Source of the DNA: the human T2T-CHM13v2.0 reference genome, Homo sapiens
Reading direction: 5' to 3' (one strand)
NCBI RefSeq assembly: GCF_009914755.1
Contig: NC_060926.1
Length of the DNA stretch: 64,000 bases
The stretch's first letter is position 1. Every line of letters begins with the position of its first letter. This document shows, piece by piece, positions 1 to 21,100 of this stretch. A program made the position numbers and the translations under genes. The notes under the pieces are model-generated. The model was not told where the DNA came from, searched no databases, and saw nothing but the letters and a program-made list of their open reading frames with translations.

Positions 1-3510
<3,510 letters not shown>

Positions 3511-3514
3511 AACC

Positions 3515-3905
3515 TCAGCGGGAGAGTGGAAAAGTGAGACCAGGAAGGAAAGGAAGGCATTAGAGGGTATGTTATCAAGCAAGTCAATACTGCAGGCAAC
3601 TGAAGCTTTATCCTACTAGGGAATGCCAGGAGAGAATATAGAACATTATCTTCAGTTATCCCAAACGAGACTCAAGGAAGCTGAGGTATGTACTCACACA
3701 TCCCATCAATCATTCATTGAGGGCTGACCCCAAGGGATATTAATTCCCCAGCACTTCCAGCTGGCCCAAACACAGGCAGTGGGGAGGTCTCCAAGAAAGC
3801 CTGCAGGCAAAGCATCTCAGGTGTGGGTGGTTGAAAGTCAGACTGGTGTAAATGCAACTGATAAGTGTGAGTGTCTACAGATGGGGATACCAACAGCATC
3901 TGCTA
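3515..3905. mobile_element. Probable old MaLR LTR (MLT1-type) fragment
   Basis: Resembles MLT1I/J-type consensus and ends ...caacagcatctgctaca; visual recognition only. Confidence 0.4.
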
Positions 3906-4383
3906 CAATGGGATTTCGGGGCACATTCATTTGATAAATTGTATTTCTCTCATGTTTGAACATTTACAATTTCATTTATTACATTAATGTCAAGAATAAA
4001 ACATTCATGACTAAAAATACCAGAGGGAAATGTAAAAAGCAAAATTAAAAGATAGGATGAAGTGTTGCTCGTAATATCAGTTAAGCTGCCTAATACAAAA
4101 CTAAGAACAAACAAGTTCAGAATCATATTTCATCCAACTTGAAATAGAGGTTACCCACCACATGGTGTTGGAAGCACGGTCACTATAGATCTGACACTCA
4201 TGTGCCATGAAGCTTCAAATGGTGTGTGGGGGCAGTGGGGGAGGGTCTTCTCAGTCATATTCCTGGTGGCTGCATACACGCTCCTGGCAACATGTAACAA
4301 AGTCAGGGGCCCTTCATGCTTGGTTTTAGATCCCCTCTCCAGAAAATTTGAAAATTTTGAACACTTATTAAAAAGTATTACTA

Positions 4384-4689
4384 TGCCAGGCACAGTGGCT
4401 CACACCTGTAATCCCAGCACTTTGGGAGGCTGAGGTGGGCAGATCACGAGGTCAGGAGTTCGAGACCAGCCTGACCAACATGGTAAAACCCCGTCTCTTA
4501 AAAAAACACAAAAATTAACTGGGTGCAGTGGTGCGCACCTGTAGTCCCAGCTACTCAGGAGGCTGAGGCAGGAGAATCGCTTGAACCCGGGAAGCGAAGG
4601 TTGTGGTGAGCCAAGATTGCGCCACTGCACTCCAGCCTGGGCGACAGAGTGAGACTCCATCTAAAAAAAAATAAAATAAAATAAAATAA
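4384..4689 (+). mobile_element. Alu (AluS)
   Basis: Full dimer with (AAAAT)n tail. Confidence 0.93.
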
Positions 4690-5010
4690 GCATTACTGCA
4701 AGTGTCAATTAAAAAAAAAAAAAAAACAACCACTAGCAAAGTAATTCAAGCAGAGACAAAACTGTTACAGGGAAATTAACTGATTTCAGTCAACATTGGT
4801 GCAATCAAAGCTACCCAGTCCATTTAGTGAGACCTCATTTTCCAAAGTCTGATGTCTGTGAATTCATATAAAACATAACCAGGAAGTTTAGTCCTTACCT
4901 GACATCACATATTTTATTTTTAACCTTTTTTCACATTAATTTTTAATGCCCAATAGTCTAAACCTCCACTCCTGTAAAACCAACTTCTCAAGACAGATAT
5001 GCACATGCAT

Positions 5011-5011
<1 letters not shown>

Positions 5012-5049
<38 letters not shown>
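5012..5049. repeat. (CA)19 microsatellite
   Basis: Directly visible. Confidence 0.95.
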
Positions 5050-5052
<3 letters not shown>

Positions 5053-5499
5053 CCTCTAAACAATTTTGGGGAGGCCCAAAAAGAGACCAGTCTGTCAACT
5101 GCAAACATCATGCAACTTCTTTCATGTTCTTTTCCTTCTCTGAATCTTTATAACAAATTCCTACTTGTTGATGTGATGCCACTAATGTTTAACTTTAACT
5201 GGGTTTCTGTTACCTGCAAAATATACTAAGGGAAAGGCTGGCCCAGAGATGTTACTTAGCCTACAAGAGGTCATAAGCAGCAGTTGGGCTCACTGGCTTA
5301 TTACTGCCCAAAGGAGTCATTCAGCACCAATTACAACTAGGTGTGGTTTTCTGGGATTTTTTGGATTTTGTTTTGTTTTGTTTTTTCTGGTAGTGGTCAT
5401 AAAATACTCCACTTCCTAGATCAATTTATTTAGTTATTTGGAGTTACCTTATTAAGATATAGTTCTCCTGGGGCCTATATCTTAGGGGAGTGGAGTGGA

Positions 5500-5655
5500 G
5501 AGAGAGAGAGCGTTAGGAAAAATAGCTGATGCATGCTGGGCTTAACATCTAGGTGATGGGTTGGTAGGTGCAGCAAACCACCATGACACATATTTACCTA
5601 TGTAACAAACCTCCACATCCTGCACATGTACCCCAGAACTTAAAAATAAAAAAGA
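5500..5655 (+). mobile_element. Short L1PA 3'-end fragment
   Basis: ggtgcagcaaaccaccatgacaca...aacctccacatcctgcacatgtaccccagaacttaaaaataaaa is an L1PA terminus. Confidence 0.85.
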
Positions 5656-6349
5656 TATAGTTCTTAAGAATATATGTTTCACAGGAATCACCCTGACTTT
5701 CATTTCCAGAAATGTTATGGTAGTCACAGAGTAGTTGGCATATATCCTACAAGTTTTGGGGAAAAAGTCATTTCCTCTTTGCTAAATAGAGTTTTGGTCC
5801 AAAGACTCTAAACTCTTTAAAACCTGAAGCCTGGCTCTACAGCCTCCACCTATAGACTCCCTGCTTTTCAGGCCTGCCCTCTGGACTTGGACCTTCTTCC
5901 AGATGAGGCTTTCACAATCAAATGATGGTTCTGCCCCCACATATCTGATTGCAAAGCATATGGCTCTCACTTGATACTTACTGGGGAATTTAGTAATGAA
6001 TAAACCACACTTCCATTCTGCCAAATGCTCCCTCAAAATACTCGATTAATATTTTAAAATAATCTGATGAATGTGCCAACTAACTATTCTTCCAAATTGT
6101 CCAAGTTCCATCCCTTCACAATTTAGACTGCTATAAAGCAAAGTATCTGGGCAATGTTCACCAGCTACAGAAATGACTTCATCATAAACGCAATCAGCCT
6201 TTCTAGATCATGAATGGATGGTGCACTTAAAGAACTGTAATGTTAATCTTACAAAATCAGAGCTTAGAATATTACCCACAAAGTCTCCCCATGTTTCCTG
6301 TACAAAGACCATGACTTTCATTCCTGAGAAGCATGAACTCTGCTGATGA

Positions 6350-6710
<361 letters not shown>

Positions 6711-6845
6711 CGGCTTTTTTTTTTTTTTTTTTTTTTTTTCCTTAGCTTCCAGGAAATGTCAGCCCAAACCCACAGCCATACTATTTGGAACAAGTGATTT
6801 ATCTCAGGTTCCTGGTGGCATCCACTTTCCTTCTTCCATCTTGAT

Positions 6846-7433
<588 letters not shown>

Positions 7434-7741
7434 TGAAAGGGAGATAGAAATCATAAGTAAAAGTGTTATTTTTAAAAAACCAACTGAACTAGATTTAACT
7501 GTAATAACTAACACAAGGTGAATAGATTTAAATTATGATTCTAGTCAGAAAAATTCAGTCTAGGATTAATTTTAGCATCTATCCTATCAACAGAAAGTTC
7601 TAAGCTATCCTAAACTTAAAAAGAATTTAACTGAGTGATACACAAGAGACATTTAAAGTAAATTTAAAGAAAATTTTCAGATTTCAAAACTACCTCAGAA
7701 AATAATATTTATCAACGTGTCTATTTCTTTATTTGCTGCTA

Positions 7742-8523
7742 TGTAGGGAAAAACTCTCTCAGCCCATGTTTTTCCTCTGCTCTCACACCACTACAACAGC
7801 AACACAGGAGGCTTCTGTGACCAAATGCGTAGGAGTTTTCCCCACACACCAACGAGCAGACGCCAGCTGGGTGTCCTGCAATTCAGTTCTGACACCATCT
7901 ACCTGGAGATAGCATCAGATTCCACAGGCTGGGGGCTCAGTCCCCAAGACTGCCCCGTACACCCCAGACACCAGTCCAAGTCTTCTGACCATCAGAACTT
8001 CAGACCAACTGACTTCAAGTCAGGATTTCCAAGATCCCATTTGGGTTTGATTAATTTGCCAGCGTTGCTCACAGAAATCAAGGAAACACTTATTTAACGT
8101 CTGCTGGTTTGTTATAAATAATGTTACAAAGGATAACAATGAAGAGATGGTCAGGCGAGGTATGGGGGAAGGGGCGTGGAGCTTCCATGTCCTCCCTGGG
8201 CGCCACCCTCCAGGAACCTCCACGTGTTCAGCTATACAGAAGCTTCCTGAACCCAGTCCTCTTGGGGTTTGAGGGAAGCTTCATGACATCAGCATTCCTT
8301 CCTCCAGGGTATTAATGGGACCCTCTCTGAAGAGATTCTTAAGACCCACGGCCAGAAAGTTGGGTAAAGACTAGAGTCCTGCCTTGGGGCAGGTGAAAGG
8401 AGTGCAAGAGAAGGTAAGAGAGATTCTGTTCCTGAGCCCTAATGCACCCAACATTCTAACAAAAGGCTGTAACAAGGGCTACAGGAATCATGAGCCAGGA
8501 ACTGTGGCTCATCTATGAAAACT

Positions 8524-8568
<45 letters not shown>

Positions 8569-8594
8569 TTATCTATCTATATCATAACACCACA
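7742..8594. mobile_element. Solo LTR, MER21-like
   Basis: TG...CA termini (tgtaggg...caccaca); internal ccagctgggtgtcct, catctacctggagatagcatcagat motifs recalled from MER21 LTRs. Confidence 0.7.
8525..8580. repeat. (CTAT)11 TTAT (CTAT)2 tetranucleotide STR
   Basis: Directly visible. Confidence 0.95.
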
Positions 8595-8708
8595 GCCACT
8601 TAGCTCCAATTTAAAAGATTAATCATAAACATTTGGGAAGGAGAGTGAAGATTTTTGTGATGTTAAATAAGAATGATTATACTAAAAACCAAAATAATAT
8701 GTTATTTA

Positions 8709-8940
<232 letters not shown>

Positions 8941-9483
8941 ATATGTATGTGTGTGTACATATATATATACATATATATACATACATATATATACATATAT
9001 ACATACATATATACATATATACACACATATATACATATAATACACACATATTTACATATATACACACATATATACATATATACACATATATACATGCATA
9101 CACATATATACATATATACACACATATACACACATATATACATATATACACATATATACACATATACACATATATACACACATATACATATATATACATA
9201 TATACATATATACATATATACACACATATACACATATATACATATACACATATATACACATATACATATATACACATATATACACATATATACATATATA
9301 CACATATATACATATATACACATATATACACACATATACACATATATACATATATACATATGTATACACATATATACACATATACATATATACATACACA
9401 TATATACGTATATATGTGTATATATACACATATACACATATATATGTATATATATGTATATATATGTGTGTATATATATGTAT
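8941..9483. repeat. ~540-bp (TA/CA)n low-complexity repeat (TATACACA-type units)
   Basis: Directly visible; it generates the spurious Y/I/H/T-rich ORFs. Confidence 0.95.
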
Positions 9484-9499
9484 AACTTTATTTATTATA

Positions 9500-9686
9500 T
9501 ATTTTTTGAGACAGGGTCTCCCTCTGTCACTCAGGCTGGGGTGCAGTGGTGTGTGATTTCAGTTCACTGTAACCTTGAACTCCTAGGCTCAGGCAATTCT
9601 CCCATCTCTGCCTCCTGGGCCACTAGGACTACAGGTGTGCACCACTATGCCTGCCTAATTTTTTTTATTTTTTGTAGAGATGGGGT
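9500..9686 (-). mobile_element. Partial Alu (AluJ-like, right arm and linker)
   Basis: gagacagggtctccctctgtcactcaggctgg...tttttgtagagatggggt. Confidence 0.85.
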
Positions 9687-10559
9687 AAAACAATACTACA
9701 AACACCACACACACACACACATATTTGTCTTTTTAGATCATAAACATATTTTGGACACTTTCATTCAGCATAAAATATATCATTTTAACTAAAACCACTC
9801 ATCCTTTTGAAATATTAACTATTCAATAGTTAATGTAAGCTAAATAAAAGGATTCTTTAAAAAAATCTGTGAGTGGATTATTTCTGCAGTACCATTTGAG
9901 AACTTAAAATATCGGAGATGTAATTGTCAAGTAAAACACAAGCCAACAAAAATACGCCTCTTGAGACAGAGTTCTGAGGAGATGTTTTTTCCTGGATTTT
10001 GCTTTGCTTGTTACCTACACCAGATACATAGGTCTCCCCAACTAAGAATCTACAGATAAACATGATCTAGAAGAGTCCTCTAAGCCAAAACTTTAAAAAG
10101 ACAAAATGACTTGTTGAGAGTGACTAACTCAAACTCTAGAATGAGAATATAAACATGTTCTATGGCTGATCCGGGGAAACATACACAGCAAACATGGAAT
10201 TCTGATGGCTGTTTCTGCTCTGCCACTGCGCTCAAGACCATGGCTTCATCCTAGTCCTACCTAGACCCCTTTGTCTTCTGTGTGACTCATGATCACAAAA
10301 CTTGTATCCAAGGTCATCATGCACCGAAATGTTTATTTATTTCTTTAAGGTATCTTGCACACAGATGATCATTTCAACAATTCTTTTAGACTTTTCAATC
10401 AAAATGATGCACTGAGTTGTTGCTTTGATTTGCCACTCTGTTCCATAAACTAAGCAATGATAGCTAAAGATAGAAAAACAAATATATAAAGTTGAGCTCA
10501 ACAAAAAGATAAAAATCTCTGTGGACCAGAAAAGAACATAAACGCAAAGCAGTGAACTG

Positions 10560-11470
10560 GGCTCATTGAGGGTATACCAAAAGGACATGGCAAGTTGAAA
10601 AGGCTCACACTAGCCAAAGATGGGACAACTGGGACACCGAAGAGAATAATATCTACCAAAACTCTGCTGCACAGTAAAAGGGAAAAATCCAGAGTTGATA
10701 ATGATGCTTAAAAAAAAATGTGTTGTCTTTTGAGGATGCTAGAGAATCAACTCATTATTCTAAGTCTGGCAAATAAAGGAAAAGTATCAAGGATTTATCA
10801 TGGCTTTTCTGCAGGAATGACACATCATGGGATCAGTAGTTGATAAGGGAAAAATCTTCTTTAGGAGAAGAATTCTACCCAATAAATAAGTAAAATGATA
10901 GAATTAGAATATCACCATTTAGCAACCTGTAATGAAAGTATAGATCTGAGCAGTTACCATCAATACCTGCTAAAAACCAGCAGGTGAAAAGTTGATGAGG
11001 AACTGCCTGATAAATCTTAATGTCATGAAAAATAGAATCACAAGTTCTGTGCCTTCTCTGGGATACCATAGAATGTCTACACCACCACCTATGAAGCAGT
11101 CTTGCAAAATAAATAAATAAATGTCATATCTCACCAAGTCTCCTCTAGATCTATGACCATTTTACAGGTAATGGAGAGGGTGGCGGAACATATTAAACCA
11201 CATCAAGGAGGAAAACCAAAACTGTACAACCGTTTTCTTAACAAATAAAACAAGGGGAGAAATTCAAAAACATTCTATATATTTGATAATTTTGAGAAGT
11301 AGTCTCCATTTCTTTAAATGTGATCACTGTATTGTGCTTATGCTTAAAAAAGATTTCTACTGAAGTTTTTACTGATAAAATCATACAATATCTAATTTTA
11401 CTTCAAAATAATCTATTGTGGGAGGCAGGAGGGGATAAGAAAGAAAGTAAGACTGACCAAATGCTAAGAA
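10560..11470 (+). mobile_element. Probable ancient L1M 3' remnants, resuming ~14540-14635
   Basis: Degenerate L1ME/MC-like 3'UTR phrases (e.g. gtttgaaaatttccataataaaaag at ~14606); weak visual match. Confidence 0.4.
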
Positions 11471-11481
11471 TTCGAATGCTG

Positions 11482-14525
<3,044 letters not shown>

Positions 14526-14660
14526 TATATATATATAAAAATGTAGAAAATAGGTTGATAGTTGATAGATATATGAACATTCATTATATGTTCTCCCTGT
14601 TTGCTGTTTGAAAATTTCCATAATAAAAAGCTTTAAAAATGAACCTATTTACCCATTCTA

Positions 14661-15041
<381 letters not shown>

Positions 15042-15154
15042 TTAAGAATCAGCTTGATATATATATACATATATAAACATATGGAGATGACTATGTATGG
15101 GTGCAAGGGACTGCCAGGACACTGCATGAGATTCCACTGAACCTATACATCTTT

Positions 15155-15310
15155 GGGAATCAAAGTGTGGTTGAAGAGTCAGCAGTACCTGGGAGCTTGT
15201 TAGAAATGCACACTCTCAGGCCACACCCCAGAACTCCTGAATCAGAATTTGCATTTAACAAGATCCCCCAGTAACTCAAATACACAGCAAAGGCTGAGAA
15301 GCACTGTTGT
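15155..15310. mobile_element. MER5-type DNA transposon relic
   Basis: cctgggagcttgttagaaatgca...ctgaatcagaatttgcatttaacaagatcccc...tgagaagcactg. Confidence 0.75.
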
Positions 15311-15425
15311 AAATCACTATGGAGAGAAATACTATCCTCCAATCCATAAACGGCTGTGCTATTCCGTTTATTTAGATCTACCCTAATGGCTCTCTATAAT
15401 TTTTTATAGTTTTCTGCAGAAAGGC

Positions 15426-15600
15426 TGTATTAGTCAGCTTGGGCTGCCATGAGAAAATATCACAGGCTGTGTGACATAAACAAACAGGAAATTTCTCACA
15501 GTTCTGGAGGCTGGAAGTTCATGATCAAAGTGGCAGCGGATTTGTCTTGGTGGGGGCGCTCTTCCTGGCTTTCAGAAGGCTGCTTTGTACTCACATGGTA
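15426..15600. mobile_element. MLT1-type MaLR LTR fragment
   Basis: tgtattagtcagcttgggctgccat...tctcacagttctggaggctggaagt. Confidence 0.7.
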
Positions 15601-15681
15601 CTGTAGAATTCTTAGATTCTTCTAAGTTGTCTATTTACACAATCACATTATCTTCAAATAAAAGGCAGTTTTATTTCTTAC

Positions 15682-15981
15682 TTTTTTTTTTTTTTTAGAC
15701 CGAGTCTCGCACTGTCGCCCAGGCTGGAGTGCAATGGCGCGATCTCCACTCACTGCAACCTCCGCCTCCCAGGTTCAAGCAATTTCTCCCGCCTTAGTCT
15801 CCCAAGTAGCTGGGGTTACAGGCACCCGCCACCGCGCCCGGCTAATTTTTTGTATTTTTTTTTAGTAAAGACGGGGTTTCACTATTATGGCCAGGCTGGT
15901 GTGGAACTCCTGACTTCGTGATCCGCCCTCCTCGGCCTCCTAAAGTGCTAGGATTACATGCATGAGCCACCACGCCCGGTC
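15682..15981 (-). mobile_element. Alu (AluSg/Sc-like)
   Basis: Reverse dimer; the flanks share ttatttctt (TSD-like). Confidence 0.92.
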
Positions 15982-15989
15982 TTATTTCT

Positions 15990-17100
15990 TCAGTTCTTAT
16001 ACGTTTTACTTTTTTGGCTAGGACCCCACTCCCAACAATATTTTGAACGAAAGTGGTGATAACAGACTTCTGTCTTGTCCTTAAACTCAAAGGGAAAGTA
16101 TGATTTTTGATGTGGGCTTTTTTGTAGTTACCCTTCATTAGACTGAGGAAGTGTCTGTGTATTCCTAGTTCACCCAGAAATTTTATCATTAATAAATGCT
16201 TACTTTCATCAAATGCTTACTCTATATCTATTGAGATAATCTATGATAATGTCTCCTTTTCCATTCTTGGCATTGGTTATCTGTACCTTACATATTTTCT
16301 TCTTGGTCTGCATTGCTAAAGATTTTATTAATTTTATTAATTTCTGATGTATTGATATTTTTCTATTGTACATATTTTTATCTCACATCTCTGCTCTTTC
16401 TTTTTTTTCTTTTTTTTTTTTTTGTCCTTCTCTGGGTATAATTTGTTATTTTTTCCACCTTCTTGAGATACAAGTTAGATTACTGACTCATATTTTCTTT
16501 TCTAATGTAAGTATATTAGGCTATGAATTCCCTTCTTAGGATTACTTTAGTTGCATGCTATCATTTTCGATATGTCACAGCTTCACTGAGTTCAAAATAT
16601 TTTCTAATTTTTCACTGTGATTTCTTCTTAGTCTCATGGATTCTTCAGAAGTATAATCCTTAATTTCCAAATACAGTAACAGATTTTGTAGTAACTTTTC
16701 TCTAGTTAATTATATAGGTACCTTTCAAGTTTGTATTGTGATCACAGAATGTATTCTGTTTAATTTCAAATATTTGAAATTTGCTTTAAGACCCATATTC
16801 AATTTTTTAAAAAATTTTCCATGTGTGTTTGAAAAGAATTATACACGTGTTCACTGCAATATACTATATGTCATGTAAGTCAAGTTTACTAATAGTGTTA
16901 TTCAAAATTTCCATACCTTGACAATTGTTTTTCTGCTTGTTCTATCAATTACTGAGAGATCTCCACCCACGTGTCGTTCTATTACTTTTAGTTTCTGTCA
17001 ATTTTTACTATGTATATTTTGAGACTACGTTATTACATGCAAAATTGGAATTACATCCTGGTTCATCAAACACTATCATCTTTTACTTTCAACTTTTCTG
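15990..17100 (-). mobile_element. Ancient L1M fragments (degenerate ORF2)
   Basis: Reverse ORF shows FPLSLRTRQ, a decayed FPL.SGTRQGC RT motif; T-rich L1-like composition. Confidence 0.55.
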
Positions 17101-17119
17101 TATCCTTATGTTTTCGATA

Positions 17120-17564
17120 TGGCTATGGTTTGAATATGGTTTTTCCCCAACAAAACTCATGTTGAAACTTGAACTCAAATGTGGCAGTGTTGGTAGGTGA
17201 GGCCTACTGGGAGGTGTTTGGGTTACAGAGGTAGATTCCTCATGAATAGATTAATGCCCTCCAACGGTGGTGAGTTCTTACCCCCTTAGTAATGAATAAG
17301 TTCCTGAGAGAGCAGGTTGCTAGAGTCTGCCTTCCTCAGTTTCTCTCTGTCTCTTGCTTTCCCTCTCACTGTGTGATCTCTTTGCATGTGCCTGCTTCCT
17401 TTCCACTGTCTGCCATGACTTGAAGCAGCCTGAGCCCCTCAGCAGATGCAGCTGCTCAATCTTGAACCTTCCAGCCATCAGAATCATGAGCCAAACAAAC
17501 CTCTTTTCTTTACAAATTGCCCAGCTGCAAGTATTCTGTTATACAACACTAAATGGATTAAGAC
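17120..17564. mobile_element. MST-type MaLR solo LTR
   Basis: gctatggtttgaat...aactcatgttgaaact...ccagccatcagaatcatgagcc...aaatggattaagaca. Confidence 0.75.
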
Positions 17565-18134
17565 AGATGTGTTTCTTGAAAATATCATCTATTTGGGTTT
17601 AAATTGTTACACTATTGACGATTTTAGTTCATTTACATTTGATGTGATGACTGATTCTTTTAGATTTAATGTAATGACTGATTCTTTTACATTTTAAGTC
17701 TGGAATCTTACTCAATAATTTTCGCTCAACCTAACTGTTCCATGGTTCCTTTTCTCTTCTTTTCCACCTTCCAGATTCGATTGAAAAATTTCATTATTTC
17801 AGCTTTTCTTCTATTCATTTAGAAGTTTTGTGTCCTTCTAGCAGTGTCTTTTGATAGCAATATGCATCCTTTGACTTATCAAAATTCAATACTAATTTCT
17901 GCTTTCACCCTCTGATAGACAAGATTTTAGAATACTTTAACTCCATATATCTGCCCTTAAGAACTTATATGCCTTTTTATATATTTTATACATTTTTGTT
18001 TATTAAAGCCCCACAAGATATTATTATTACTGTTGTATTCAATTAATATTTATTTAAATTTACGCATATATTTTCCTTTTTTTTTCTTTTGATCTTCATT
18101 CTTCTCTTTATCTCCAAACCTTCTTCTGGGTATT

Positions 18135-21100
18135 CTTTATTTTTCATTTATATGGGTATATATTATGTGTATATATTTATGGGGTATGTGAGATATTTTG
18201 ATACAGACATACAATATGTAATAATCACATTAGGATAAATGAGGTATTCATCACTTCAAGCAGGTATCATTTCTTTGTGTTACAAACATTCCAATTATAC
18301 TATTTTAGTTATTTTTAAATGTACAATAAATTATCATTGACTGCAGTCTCTCTGTTGTGGTAACAAATACTAGATCATATTCATTCTATATAACTATATT
18401 TTTGTACCCATTACCCCCCGCCCACTTCTTCCCACCCCCCACACTTCTCCCAGCCTCTGCTAACAATCATTCCACTCTCTATCTCCATGAGTTCAATTGT
18501 TTTAATTTTTAGCTCCCACAAATGAGTAAGAACATGCAAAGTTTGTCCTTCTGTGCCTGGCTTATTTCACTTAATCTCCTCCAGTTCCATCCATGTTGTT
18601 ACAAATGACAGGGTCTCATTCTTTTTTTATGGCTGAACAGTACTCCATTGTGTATAGGTATTGCATTTTCTTTATGCATTCATCTGTTGATAGACACTTA
18701 GGTTGCTTCCAAACCTTGGCTATTGTGAACAGTGCTGCAACATGGGAGTGCAGATATCTCTTTGATATACTGATTTCCTTCCTTTTGGGTATATACCTAA
18801 CATTGGGAGCTCTATTTTTAGTTTTTTGAGGAACCTCCATACTGTTCTCCATAGTGGCTGTACCAATTTACATTCCCACAAACAGTGTACAAGAGTTCCC
18901 TCTTCCCTACATCGTCCGCAGTATTTGTTATTCCCTGTCTTTTGGTTAAAAGCCATTTTAACTGGGGTGAGATATCTCTTTGTAGTTTTGATTTGCATTT
19001 CTCTGATGATCGGTGCTGTTGAGCACCTTTTCATATGCCTGTTTGCCGTTTGTATGTCTGCTTTTGAGAAACGTCTATTCAGATCTTTTGCCCATTTTTA
19101 AAAATCAGGTTATCGGATTTTTTTCGTATTGGTTGTTTGAGCTCCTTATGTAGTCTGGTTATTAATCCCTTGTCAGATGGATACTTTGCAAATATTTCCT
19201 CCCATTCTGTTAGTTGTCCGTTTGCTTTGTTGATTGTTTCCTTTGCTGTGTGGAAGCTTTTTACCTTGATGTGATCCCACTTGTCCATTTTTTCTCTGGT
19301 TGCCTGTGCTTGTGGAAATCTTTGCCCAGACCACTGATCTGGAGATTTTTCTCAATGTTTTCTTTTAGTAGTTTCATGCTTTTAGGTCTTAGATTTAAGT
19401 CTTTAATACATTTTGATTTGATTTTTGTATATGGTGAGAGATAGCGGTCTGGTTTCATTCTTCTGCATATGGATATATAGTTTTCCCAGCACCTTTATTG
19501 AAGAGACTGTCCTTTCTCCAATACATGTTCTTGGCATCTTTGTTGAAAATGAGTTCACTATAGATGTATGGACTTAATTCTGGGATCTCTATTCTGTTCC
19601 ATTTGTGTATGTGTCTGTTTTTTTAATGACTTTTTTCCTTAATAGCAAAATAATATATGTCTTGAAAAACATGGAAAATGCAGAATACAAAACACAGAAA
19701 ATACAATTGAGAACCGTTATGAGCATTTTGATCATCAAACTGCAAGTCGAAGTTGCCCTGTCTCTCCCTGTCTCCTGTATGCATGTAAGGATATAAATGG
19801 TCTATGGGCTTGTTGGTGTGCATGCATAGGCAGTCTTTCTGGGGTACTCTTAAGGGGGCTCAGCTCCTCGGGTGCCCCTAGCTCTTAATCTCACCCTTCT
19901 ACATCTGTCCTGTTCCTGAGGACAACCCTGAAAATGACTCTTCATTGACAGCCTTCTGGAGGTTGGGAGCTTTTAGAGCAAGGTTTTGCAATGTAGCTAG
20001 GAGGTAGCTGTAGTTTTCCTTGTTTCCACATGTAGGAACTAGGCTTCCAAGAGGCTAACTCATGACCAGTGCCATACAGCTGGCAAACAATGATTCCAAA
20101 GGTCTGGGTCCCTAGGCCTCTGTTCTCTCTACCTGGGGCTTTCAGTTCCCTCAAGTCTAATTATCTGCCCTCTTCAAGGTGCTGTTCAGAGGGTCTGAGG
20201 CTCAACAATAAACGGTGGGATGGGTCCCAGGGATAGATGAAGTGGTCACACCCACCAGTCCATGGACTCTTTGGGGCAAGCCCTGACAATGACCATACAG
20301 TGAAGCAGCCCCTTACACATGGTCCTATTGGCCTCCTGACTCTCCCACCCCTGCCACTGCAGCTCAAGGACTCTGAACTTGGACATGGTGAGGCAGGAGG
20401 AGAGGATTTCCGTGAAAGAGGGAATTTCTAGGGTGTTGAGAAGACCCTGCTGGCACAGACTCTCCAGGGCTGGCATTCCCTCCAGGACAGCCAGGCCAGG
20501 GGCAGAGAGGCCCCTTAAGGTCAGCCTGATCTTGCGCACGGCTCGCGGGTAGCGGCTGATGGCCAGCAGGGTGCTGTCTCAGAGAGGTTGCGGCCCAGCA
20601 CCTCAAGCCCCTGCAGGTAGCTGAGCTCCTGCAGGCTGGCATCCAGCCGCAACTCCCTTACACGGTAGGTGCCGCCCCACCAGAAAGCGCAGGACCTGGA
20701 AGCGTGACAGGCCCTGCTGGTGCTCGTCTCTGAAGGCAGGGACGCAGTCCAGCATGATGCATTCGAGCAGGGGCAGCATGGTGGGGTCCAGCTGCCTGAG
20801 GAGCCAGGCCATGGAGATCTCGCAGCTGTGCAGCTCCAGGGTCCCCAGGGCGCTGCACAGGCTGGTGATGGGCACCGTGCTCAGGTCGGCCACGTGCAGG
20901 CAGAGGCGCTTCGGGTTGGGGCACTTCTGGCCCAGGGCTCTTATCAGGACAGGAGACAACTGGAGCCAGAGAACAGGTAGCCGCCCATCCACAGGGAATG
21001 AAGCTGGGATGCCATGTACCGGCCAAGGAGGTGCTACATGACTTTAAATCGCATCATGTAGAGCGTCAGGTCGACGTGTCACCACAGCCACCGTCGTCCA

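Noticed and set aside
20246-20992. FBXL12-like ORFs (97 and 129 aa) as a functional retrogene
   Set aside because: Upstream stops, frameshifts and small deletions; no initiator exon or evident promoter.
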